A stretch of 64,000 nucleotides of DNA from an uncultured Ignavibacteria bacterium (GTDB lineage Bacteria > Bacteroidota > Ignavibacteria > Kapaibacteriales > UBA2268): positions 3,926-67,925 of the forward strand of contig CAIOZA010000072.1 of the NCBI GenBank assembly GCA_903862655.1. Reading direction: 5' to 3'. The translations under genes were made by a program, and so were the position numbers. The notes under the pieces were generated by a model that had not been told where the DNA came from, did no database searches, and saw nothing but the letters and a program-made list of their open reading frames with translations. Below are positions 28,645-37,276 of this stretch, piece by piece. The stretch's first letter is position 1, and the number at the start of each line of letters is the position of its first letter.

Positions 28645-31185
28645 ATGAATAAAATTTACCGTTATTTTTTAGTTATTTTAGCTTTTATACTTCAGCTAAC
28701 ATTTGCTAATGCTTACACTCTCGATGCCCCGCAAAGGCTGTCCGCTTCAGTAGGGCAGGATAATCAAGGCACTTATGTCGATTTATCCTGGTTTTTCCAG
28801 AGGAATAATGACCAACCTTTTGGATTCTATATCTACAGTGCTCCAAAAGAATCACAAGATAGAAAAGAATTTCAGCCTGTCAGTAAAGCAGTTTTTGATG
28901 TCAATATTACTAACTACTCTATTAGACAATACCTTAAACCAGGGACATTCAGCTTCTTCGTGGTTGCTATCGGGTTCAATAATAATCAGCTTGTTGAAAG
29001 TGATCCTAGCAATTTTGTTACTGTTCAGGTTGCTTTTGATCCGAACAAACCGTTTATTCAAATTGTTTCAAAACCAAATCTATATTCAAAGATTGGTGAT
29101 AAATATTCTTATCAAGTCTTAGCAAAAACAAATCTTGATCCATCCTGCACATTGGTTTATAAATTGCTCGATAGTCCCAAAGATATGACAATCGATGATA
29201 AAACAGGCTTAATTTTATGGGCTCCATCAAGTAATGGCTCTTTCCCTGTTGCTGTTCAGGTCGGAACAACTTGCAAAATCGCAGTTGAATTTCCTGTTCA
29301 AAAGTTCATGATCAATGTCGGTGACGCCAATAACGGACCTTATGTTAGATTCGAATCTAAACCCAATCCTGTGGTTCCAGTTGGTAAGCCCTATGTTTAT
29401 CAGGTTGTTGCTAGTTCTAATGTAAAATGCCCAATTAAATTCGAACTAATGTCTCCTCCAATGCCTGAGATGAAATTTGATAACATCACAGGTGAACTTA
29501 CTGTTTATTCTGATGTTCCTCGTATGATAACCGGTGGAATAAAGGCGTATCTCGAATGTGATCCTAAAGTTGTGGCTATTCAGCAGTTTGCCATAAATAT
29601 TGTTCAGGATCAACCTAAGGAAGATCTTTGCGCCAATATCAAAGGTAATGTTGTTTTCGAGGATGGAACAATTGCAAAAGAAGGTAAAGTTATTGCTTGG
29701 AGACTTTCAGAAAAATCAAACAGACTCCCTGCATATCCTGGATACATCAAAGACGGTAAATTCGAAATAAATGTCCCTGTAGGGACTTTCATTCTTGAGT
29801 TCGACAGTCCTCTGTTCATGCATGAATATTATTTGGATGCTATTGCTTTAGATAAAGCTCAGAAAATTGAAGTATTATGCAAAGATGTAGTTGATCTAAA
29901 CATAACTGTTACTGCTCGTCCGGTTCCAAAGACTAACCCGGTCAGCGGTACAGTGACATCAGCAGAAAATAACAACCCAGTATTTGCCGTTGTTGAATTC
30001 TATCCTGTTGATCCAAACAATAACGTTAATGTAAAAACCGGAATGGTTTTCATGACCAAAACCGATGCCGAAGGTAAATACTCTATCGATCTTACTGACG
30101 ATATGACCTATCGTGCCCATTGCAGACCGATGGATCAGGTTCCTTACAAGGATCAATGGTACGATCAGGTTGATAATCCAAATCAGGCAGATCTTATTTA
30201 TCCGGATCAACCACTTACCGGAATAGATTTCAAATTAAATAATGCCGATCAAATAAAAAATAGCTTCGCTGGCTTAGTTAAAGATGATAATGGAGCTTTT
30301 GTAAGGTCACGTATTCTTGCATTGCCTGTCAAACCTAGTCCTAACACCAATGCTAACGCAGGTCAATTCATAACTGAATCCAAAGATGACGGATCATTTA
30401 TGTTCCAGAATCTTCCTTATGGTCCTTATGTTTTACTTTCAATTCCATTTGACAGAAAATATTTGCCGGGATACTACAAAGTGTCGGATTTTGCCACTTT
30501 AAAATGGCGTGAAGCCACTCAGATAGTGGTAGGCGATAATATGCCGACTATGATCTACGAAATCAAACACAAGCTAAGAACAGGCTTTAAAGGAATGATT
30601 AGAATTGACGGAAATATCATAGCCAGTGGAATGGCTATGAAGAATATCGATATCCCTCAATCCAATGGAACTCCCGTAGAAGATGCCATAGTTTATGTAT
30701 TAGATGAACAGGGTGAAGTAAGTGATTTCGCATTAACTGATGCTGCAGGTTACTTCGCAATGTCTGAAGTATCCGAAGGTAATTGTAAACTCCTTGTCGA
30801 TAAAGTCGGATTCAATACTTTCGAAAAATCATTGACAAATGATTATACCAAGAGTTTCTCATCAAATGTTGATGTAGTCTTAGAACTTGAAGTAGCCGGA
30901 GTAGAAGAAGAACAAGTAAGATTTGAATCAGTATATGTTTATCCTAATCCAGCTCAGAATGTAGCAAATTTGATTATTAAATCAACTGGAACTTCTAAGG
31001 CTGTTTTAAGAATTATGGATGTTATGGGTAATGTTGTTGTTTCTAAGACAATTGAGTTATCATTTGATGAAACTGGGGATTCACATACACCAATAAATAT
31101 TAGTTCTTATGCTCAGGGTATATATATCATTGAACTTATTTCAGGAAGCACAAGAACACAAACAAAACTGAATGTTATAAGATAA
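28645..31185 (+). CDS. Large secreted protein with CarboxypepD_reg/Ig-like domains and T9SS C-terminal sorting domain
   Basis: Signal peptide. Repeated beta-sandwich-like segments. C-terminus VYVYPNPAQNVANLIIKS...GIYIIELISGSTRTQTKLNVIR is a typical Por_Secre_tail. Confidence 0.7.
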   Translation: MNKIYRYFLVILAFILQLTFANAYTLDAPQRLSASVGQDNQGTYVDLSWFFQRNNDQPFGFYIYSAPKESQDRKEFQPVSKAVFDVNITNYSIRQYLKPGTFSFFVVAIGFNNNQLVESDPSNFVTVQVAFDPNKPFIQIVSKPNLYSKIGDKYSYQVLAKTNLDPSCTLVYKLLDSPKDMTIDDKTGLILWAPSSNGSFPVAVQVGTTCKIAVEFPVQKFMINVGDANNGPYVRFESKPNPVVPVGKPYVYQVVASSNVKCPIKFELMSPPMPEMKFDNITGELTVYSDVPRMITGGIKAYLECDPKVVAIQQFAINIVQDQPKEDLCANIKGNVVFEDGTIAKEGKVIAWRLSEKSNRLPAYPGYIKDGKFEINVPVGTFILEFDSPLFMHEYYLDAIALDKAQKIEVLCKDVVDLNITVTARPVPKTNPVSGTVTSAENNNPVFAVVEFYPVDPNNNVNVKTGMVFMTKTDAEGKYSIDLTDDMTYRAHCRPMDQVPYKDQWYDQVDNPNQADLIYPDQPLTGIDFKLNNADQIKNSFAGLVKDDNGAFVRSRILALPVKPSPNTNANAGQFITESKDDGSFMFQNLPYGPYVLLSIPFDRKYLPGYYKVSDFATLKWREATQIVVGDNMPTMIYEIKHKLRTGFKGMIRIDGNIIASGMAMKNIDIPQSNGTPVEDAIVYVLDEQGEVSDFALTDAAGYFAMSEVSEGNCKLLVDKVGFNTFEKSLTNDYTKSFSSNVDVVLELEVAGVEEEQVRFESVYVYPNPAQNVANLIIKSTGTSKAVLRIMDVMGNVVVSKTIELSFDETGDSHTPINISSYAQGIYIIELISGSTRTQTKLNVIR

Positions 31186-31204
31186 TATCTAATCTCTAAT
31201 TAAC

Positions 31205-31236
31205 AAGAAAAGCCGGGTTTTGCCCGGCTTTTCTGC
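31205..31236 (+). terminator. Rho-independent terminator
   Basis: aaaagccggg-tttt-gcccggctttt, GC-rich stem + T-tract immediately after the stop of 28645..31185. Confidence 0.65.
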
Positions 31237-31600
31237 TATAAAAATAATTAGAGCAATAAACTAAATCGTAACGCTAAACAGGACTAAATATTGTATTAGT
31301 TAATGCTGATAAAAACATTAGTTGCCATAAAAATACAACTATTTAAATTTATTTTCATTTAATTTTAGATTTCCTGTAACTTTTCTATCTACCATGTGTT
31401 ATATAAGAAATTCTTTTGTATTTTTGAATAGTTAGAAAAATGAAATAAAGAATTGGCAAATGGTATATCTCTGATTTTGAATTTATTGTTTTAATATAGA
31501 TTTAATCACATTTCAAACGGGAATATTATGCGACAACCAACACTAAAGAGCGGATTGAGTCGTCTTCAATTCAATCTTTTTCTTTAAAATCAATATTTTT

Positions 31601-32968
31601 TTGATTTTAATTCTATTTTCAACTATGTTGAATACCAAATTATCTGCTCAAATCCCTTGTAATAATATAATACCACCATCTACAGGTGGAAATCTCGGGA
31701 TTGGCACTACTCAAGCTTACAAGCCTATCCATATAAAAGGATGGGGAAAGCCAGAATGTGAAGTTAATTGCTCGGATCCAACCCTGAGATTGGAATATGA
31801 TAGCTATCTATCCTCGTGCACGGGTGATGTTCTGAGTTACTTTGGGCATTTAGCATTAACAACAACTACGAATTTTAATTTTTATTCAACTTTGACTCCA
31901 AAACCTACATTAGGGAATCCGGGCGATCTTGTTCTACAAGCAGAGACTGCAAGAGATATTGTTCTAACTACCAGAAATCCATACGGAAGATTGAGGTTCG
32001 CAACTACTCCGACTCTTGGTGGAGCAGATGTAGAAAGAATGAGAATTTCGAATAATGAATACACAAGTTTAATAGATATCAAAAGAGCTGAAATCCCAGC
32101 AACACCAAACTATTGGCATAGAAATTCGCTATTAAGATTTATGCAGACGGATTTAGCTGGCAACGTTATTGCTACACCTGGCTCTATGTGGAAAGTAGGA
32201 ATAGATGGTTTGGCAGGCTCAGAATCCACTTTCAAAAATTTATTTAAAATAGGGGCTGATCCAATGCCTTCAAATACAAGCTCAATTTTTGATAATAACA
32301 ATACAGCAATTACTATAAAACCAAATAATTTAACAATTATCGGACACCCCGATGCCAATTTTATAATAAATAATTCAGCCACTCTTTCCATTATTTCAAA
32401 GCCCGCTTCAAATTTACCGGCATTATATACTTTGATTGAGCCAACTGATGGTTGGAGATATTCTATGATTAATTTTATCAATGGTAGCAATGCAAGTATT
32501 ATTAATAATACGGTTGCGTTTACTGTTGTTAATGCTTTGAATCAAGGATCATGGAGACAAGTTTTCACTATATGGGGTAATGGTGAAACTGATATTGACG
32601 GTAAGGTACATATTGGGGATGGTTCAGGAACAGTTAAGAAACAACAAAATCATCTCGATGCCCGTCTCTCGGTTGACGGAACCGTAGTTGCAAAAGAGAT
32701 TTTTGTAGTGGTTGATAATTGGAGTGATTATGTATTCAATAAAGACTATGCATTACCCGAGTTAACTGAAGTAGAAAATCACATTAAGGCAAATGGACAC
32801 CTACCCGGAATACCATCAGAAAAAGAAGTAAAAGAAAACGGTATAAGCCTCGGAGAAATGAATGCAAAACTTCTCCAAAAGATTGAAGAACTAACTCTCT
32901 ATCTTATAGATATGAAAAAATCCAATCAGGATTTAACAAATAGAATTCAAACATTAGAAATTAAATAA
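31601..32968 (+). CDS. Secreted hypothetical protein with phage tail-fibre-like conserved C-terminal module
   Basis: C-terminal approx. 80 aa (DNWSDYVFNKDYALPELTEVENHIKANGHLPGIPSEKEVKENGISLGEMNAKLLQKIEELTLYLIDMKK) matches a module I recall at the C-termini of tail-fibre-like proteins of Bacteroidota. N-terminus weakly signal-like. Confidence 0.45.
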   Translation: MILILFSTMLNTKLSAQIPCNNIIPPSTGGNLGIGTTQAYKPIHIKGWGKPECEVNCSDPTLRLEYDSYLSSCTGDVLSYFGHLALTTTTNFNFYSTLTPKPTLGNPGDLVLQAETARDIVLTTRNPYGRLRFATTPTLGGADVERMRISNNEYTSLIDIKRAEIPATPNYWHRNSLLRFMQTDLAGNVIATPGSMWKVGIDGLAGSESTFKNLFKIGADPMPSNTSSIFDNNNTAITIKPNNLTIIGHPDANFIINNSATLSIISKPASNLPALYTLIEPTDGWRYSMINFINGSNASIINNTVAFTVVNALNQGSWRQVFTIWGNGETDIDGKVHIGDGSGTVKKQQNHLDARLSVDGTVVAKEIFVVVDNWSDYVFNKDYALPELTEVENHIKANGHLPGIPSEKEVKENGISLGEMNAKLLQKIEELTLYLIDMKKSNQDLTNRIQTLEIK

Positions 32969-32978
32969 AGGAGATGAA

Positions 32979-33497
32979 ATGAAAACAATAATTATTGTTT
33001 TATTTACAGGATTTTTCTTGCTATCTTGTACAAAAGAAAATAATATTAATACAACTGAATTTACACCCGAAAAATTCCAACAAATACTGAACGATAATAC
33101 ATGGTATGAAATTACCGATACGATAAATCATAATATGTTGCCGTTATTCTTTGACAGCGAGGGAGTTGTTTTAAATAGCAAAAAAGAAGCTATAGATCTA
33201 TACATAAGTTATTTATCAAAGACACATTTTAATCCTGATGATACATCATGGATTAATGGGAATCCCAAAATTGATTATGATCAAAGAACTTTGCTAATTC
33301 ATTATTTGCCTTCTTCTTCGTTTTATGAACATAATTTCAAAATTTTTCGAAATGATTATTCAAAAAAATATCTATCAGTTATTGAAATCATATCCACAGG
33401 CTTCTATGATAATATAACAATTTTAGAGACAGTTTCTGTCCCAAAATTGCCAAATGGCTATGCAGTTGATTTCAAACATTACTATTCAAAAAAATAA
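32979..33497 (+). CDS. Hypothetical lipoprotein
   Basis: GGAG RBS. Signal peptide + LLSCTKEN lipobox. Tightly coupled to the upstream gene. Confidence 0.45.
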   Translation: MKTIIIVLFTGFFLLSCTKENNINTTEFTPEKFQQILNDNTWYEITDTINHNMLPLFFDSEGVVLNSKKEAIDLYISYLSKTHFNPDDTSWINGNPKIDYDQRTLLIHYLPSSSFYEHNFKIFRNDYSKKYLSVIEIISTGFYDNITILETVSVPKLPNGYAVDFKHYYSKK

Positions 33498-33528
33498 TTC
33501 TAAATAAAATGCTTATAAAGAGGTTAAA

Positions 33529-34260
33529 ATGAAAAGCTCATTTTTAGTAATATCTTTAAGTTTCTATGCATTCTCTATGTTTTGTTTTTCCCATTCAATT
33601 ATTCCTTTATCCTTTTCAAATACTAATATTATTAGGTCTTTTGATTATTCCGATACTAATCAAGTTTCTATTGCTGACGTATCTTTAATTGACTCATTTA
33701 GCAATTTAGGGAATCACCTAAAGCTTAATTTTTACGGAATAGAAATTCCATTAAATATCAATAATCATAGAGGTTTAATTGACACCTTAGATAATAATGT
33801 AATCTGGCGCTTTAAGTTTATAAATCCTCAAGCTAAAACAATAAATATTTTGTTTTCAAATTTTCATTTAACAGATAGTGCAAAGGTATTCATTTATTCT
33901 CCCGATGGGTCCTGTTTTTTGAATCCATTGACTAAGAAAGATATCTCCTCTACCGGTCACCTTTCTACTTTCAGAATACCTTGTGATACTATTATTATTG
34001 AATTGAACGTAACCTTACAAGAAGCAGATTCAACCTTTTTCAAAATATTTGGAATTGTTTATGGGGTTAAAGAAATTGAAAATATAAATGAATACATGAA
34101 AGAAAACAACGAGATGTTGAATACTCCATCTAGTAACTGTGATTTAGATGCAAATTGTACCCAAGGAGATAATTTTTGCAGAGAAAAATATTCTGTAACT
34201 TTTCTTTTGTTAAAGTGTTATAATAAAAAAAAGAATGGGGAATTGTTAAAATGTTTATAG
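33529..34260 (+). CDS. Hypothetical secreted Cys-rich protein
   Basis: AGGTTAAAATG RBS. Signal peptide. Cys-rich C-terminus (NCDLDANCTQGDNFC). Confidence 0.4.
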   Translation: MKSSFLVISLSFYAFSMFCFSHSIIPLSFSNTNIIRSFDYSDTNQVSIADVSLIDSFSNLGNHLKLNFYGIEIPLNINNHRGLIDTLDNNVIWRFKFINPQAKTINILFSNFHLTDSAKVFIYSPDGSCFLNPLTKKDISSTGHLSTFRIPCDTIIIELNVTLQEADSTFFKIFGIVYGVKEIENINEYMKENNEMLNTPSSNCDLDANCTQGDNFCREKYSVTFLLLKCYNKKKNGELLKCL

Positions 34261-34415
34261 ATTTATTATATAAAATTTGAAAAGATCAGATTGAATTATA
34301 TATATTTTGCTATTTAGAACTTATCCCTGATGAAATTTGACCTTTAAAGTTTAATAAGATGATTATTTGTCTCAAATAATATATATCTTTTTTAACTATT
34401 TTTAAGGTAAATTTT

Positions 34416-34648
34416 ATGAAAACAGGAACTTGTAAAATCGCTTCGAAACGCACGAACACCACGGGATGGCTAAATTGATAATCGCGAACGAGAATGGGTC
34501 AGAAATTTTTCAGAATTTCGAAATCTGCAATGGGAAACCCTGTCAAATAACAATTTCATCAAAAGATTTACAAATCGGAGTTTATATTTATGGTATTGAG
34601 ATAAATGGTAGAATAGTAAGAGCAAACAAAATGATGATAATTAAATAA
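34416..34648 (+). pseudogene. Possible remnant of a T9SS cargo gene (C-terminal sorting-domain fragment, frame-disrupted)
   Basis: ORF 34466..34648 ends ...LQIGVYIYGIEINGRIVRANKMMIIK, resembling a Por_Secre_tail terminus. A 20-codon ORF with RBS (ATG 34416) lies just upstream in another frame. No intact N-terminal part. Confidence 0.3.
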
Positions 34649-34662
34649 ATGGAGAAAATATT

Positions 34663-35874
34663 ATGAATTTGCTAAAAACAATAATATGCTTATTCTTATT
34701 AACCAGCTATCACATGTTTGCTCAATGGTCGAAGATTTCTTTTCCAGATTTCAGTGTAATGGACATTAGTAACGACACTATTATAGCTTCAACTTATAAG
34801 CACGCTCTTCTATATCGTACAACCGATAATGGTGATTCATGGAACCAATTGAATACTGTTGATTTATGGACTACAATTATTAGGAATGTTATTATTAAAG
34901 ATAATAATTATCTTATTGGTTCAAATGGCCAAGGTTTGTATATTTCCCATGATTTTGGAAAAACATGGAAAATATCTCCTATAAAAATTGCTTATACTAC
35001 TCTATTAGCTGAGTTTGACGGAAAAGTTTATCTAAATCAAGATATAGGCTTATATAGATCGATGGACTATGGTGATACTTGGCAGTTTTTTTTCTACTCA
35101 GATGATACAATAACAACAGGATTTTCAGATATCTATTGCTTTGATAATAGTTTATTTGTAAATGCAAATGTAAAAATCAAGTATAAACCTAACCAAAGTC
35201 ATAATGATGGAAAGGGTATTTATTTTTCTTCGGATAAAGGGCATACTTGGGAAAAAAAGTGCGATGGAAATGCTTACTCATTTGCTCGTCTCGACGATAA
35301 GCTGTATTTTATTTCTGGTGATTATGACACATGCTCAATAAATTCTATTGATATTACTGGTGAAAATTGTCAAAAAATATATAATTTTCATGATACAATA
35401 ATACGAAAAATTATAACATGTGAAAACAATATATACGTCGGTACAGATCGATATGGTCTTCTGTTTTCCTCCGATTCCGGAAAAAGCTGGAAAGCTGTTA
35501 CTGATAGTTCAATCAATTTATATGCATCTTATGATATTTTTCTTAATAATAAATATCTCTTTATTGGTCCTGGTAATTATGATTTAGGTAATAGCGGTCT
35601 ATTTCGAGCAAAAATGAAGGATTGTGAAATTGATTTTTCAATCGATGTGGCTGAGCAATATGAGGTAGAAAATGTGATTATTTATCCGAATCCGGTATCG
35701 GATTTTCTTTATTGTCCTAATAATACATCAAATTTAAGAATAAAAATCTATTCTACTATTGGGATATGTATTTCTGATTTTGATCCTTGTGAAAAGGTGG
35801 ATGTCTCCGGATTGGCTCCGGGTATGTATTTTGTGAGGATCGGCGATAAAGTCAGCAAATTTATAAAGTTGTAA
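34663..35874 (+). CDS. BNR/Asp-box repeat beta-propeller protein with T9SS C-terminal domain
   Basis: Signal peptide. Asp-box motifs S-x-D-x-G-x-T/S-W (TDNGDSWNQ, SHDFGKTWK, SMDYGDTWQ, SSDKGHTWEK, SSDSGKSWKA). C-terminal VIIYPNPVSD...GMYFVRIGDKVSKFIKL. Confidence 0.75.
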   Translation: MNLLKTIICLFLLTSYHMFAQWSKISFPDFSVMDISNDTIIASTYKHALLYRTTDNGDSWNQLNTVDLWTTIIRNVIIKDNNYLIGSNGQGLYISHDFGKTWKISPIKIAYTTLLAEFDGKVYLNQDIGLYRSMDYGDTWQFFFYSDDTITTGFSDIYCFDNSLFVNANVKIKYKPNQSHNDGKGIYFSSDKGHTWEKKCDGNAYSFARLDDKLYFISGDYDTCSINSIDITGENCQKIYNFHDTIIRKIITCENNIYVGTDRYGLLFSSDSGKSWKAVTDSSINLYASYDIFLNNKYLFIGPGNYDLGNSGLFRAKMKDCEIDFSIDVAEQYEVENVIIYPNPVSDFLYCPNNTSNLRIKIYSTIGICISDFDPCEKVDVSGLAPGMYFVRIGDKVSKFIKL

Positions 35875-35895
35875 AAAGTTTTTTATTATTGCTAA

Positions 35896-35940
35896 TAAAA
35901 TGAGAGACCGTACTACTATAGCACGGTCTCTCTTTTAAAA
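35896..35940. terminator. Bidirectional rho-independent terminator between convergent genes
   Basis: gagagaccgt / acggtctctc 10-bp stem flanked by an A-run upstream and a T-run downstream. Confidence 0.6.
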
Positions 35941-35952
35941 TAGAACATAAGA

Positions 35953-36129
35953 TTATTTAATTGCTTTTTTTATCTTCTCTACTGATGCCGGGCTATAATA
36001 AGCACAGACACCTCTTTTTGCATCCGGTTCAAGATTTAAAGACTCAATAGCTTTCTTGACTTTGCCTACAGATACGCCAACTTCTTCTGCAATTTTTGCT
36101 GATGTTAATAAATCTGATTTTTCTGCCAT
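35953..36129 (-). CDS. Small (58 aa) HTH-like protein co-oriented downstream of the LRR gene
   Basis: Reverse-strand ORF MAEKSDLLTSAKIAEEVGVSVGKVKKAIESLNLEPDAKRGVCAYYSPASVEKIKKAIK. Below the ORF-track size cutoff. 24 nt after the LRR stop. Followed by the bidirectional terminator. Confidence 0.35.
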   Translation of the reverse strand: MAEKSDLLTSAKIAEEVGVSVGKVKKAIESLNLEPDAKRGVCAYYSPASVEKIKKAIK

Positions 36130-36153
36130 AATTCCGCCTATTGTAACTTTAAA

Positions 36154-37104
36154 TTAATCTTCCCAGTTAATTCTAGTCTGATGAAGAAGCTGAGCTATCT
36201 TCTTGGCATTCTCAGGTGAGAAATTATTTTTACCAAGTTCTAAACTGTCCAAATGCCCAAGATTTCTGATCGAATCAGGTAAAGCAGTAAGTTCATTACA
36301 ACTAAGATCCAATTCCTCAAGTTTAGTCAAATTACCGATTGAATCAGGAATAACCGAAATTTCATTTTCATGAATGAAAAATTTCTCCAAATTGACTAAA
36401 TCTCCAATACTATCAGGAATTTCAGTAAGAATGTTCTGGAATAATCTCAGTTTGGTAAGACTTTTCATGTTCCCGATTGCTTCTGGTATCAAACTCAAAT
36501 TATTTGTTTGAGCCTCGAGCTTCTCTAATTTGGTTAAATTACAAATACTGGTTGGAAGAACTGATAAATGATTGCTCGAAATTCTCAGCTTGAGCAAATT
36601 AGTAAGATTACCAATCGAATCAGGTAATGATGTGAGCTCATTATCATTAAGTACCAGAATTTTAAGATTGACTAACTTACCAATGGCACTTGATACCGAT
36701 GTCAATTTGTTGTGATTAAGGCTTAAATCTTCCAGATTAGTCAATTCACCAATCGAATCAGGTAATGAGCTGATCTCATTCCAACTCAAAACAAGGGTTC
36801 TGAGGTTATGAAGTTTTGTAATTTCTTCAGGGAACTGTGTAAAATTATTTCCACTAAGTTCAAGCTTTCTCAGATTTGCTAACTTCGAGATATTAGCAGG
36901 AACAGAGCTGAGTTTGTTGTTCAAAAGATTCAATTCCTGAAGGTTAGAGAATTCAAAAACCTGTTCTGGAATTTCTGTTAATTTTTTTAAGTGTAAATCA
37001 AGTCGTAATACTTTTTGTGGATTCTGAAGTGCTTTATCGATGGAATAGTATGTGTTTTCAGGAGCGATTGCTCCTGCTGGTTCTACAGGCAACTCATTGT
37101 TCAT
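36154..37104 (-). CDS. Leucine-rich-repeat protein (no obvious signal peptide)
   Basis: About 11 LRRs LxxLPDSIGNLTxLxxLxLSxNxLT, close paralog-type of 24548..25972. Confidence 0.8.
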   Translation of the reverse strand: MNNELPVEPAGAIAPENTYYSIDKALQNPQKVLRLDLHLKKLTEIPEQVFEFSNLQELNLLNNKLSSVPANISKLANLRKLELSGNNFTQFPEEITKLHNLRTLVLSWNEISSLPDSIGELTNLEDLSLNHNKLTSVSSAIGKLVNLKILVLNDNELTSLPDSIGNLTNLLKLRISSNHLSVLPTSICNLTKLEKLEAQTNNLSLIPEAIGNMKSLTKLRLFQNILTEIPDSIGDLVNLEKFFIHENEISVIPDSIGNLTKLEELDLSCNELTALPDSIRNLGHLDSLELGKNNFSPENAKKIAQLLHQTRINWED

Positions 37105-37276
37105 TTGTACCTCCTTATTCGGTTTAAGCTATTATAATGATTAAAATTATTGAAACTTAATACGATGTAAATTCTATTTTATTATTGATTTAAATATTTC
37201 AAACAATTTAATAAAATCTTTAGTAAATTAAGGGAAATAATTCATAAAATACAAAAAAACTTGCTAACATTTATCG

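Noticed and set aside
28775-30210. Short ORFs on both strands inside 28645..31185
   Set aside because: Embedded in the large T9SS cargo gene. No independent signals.
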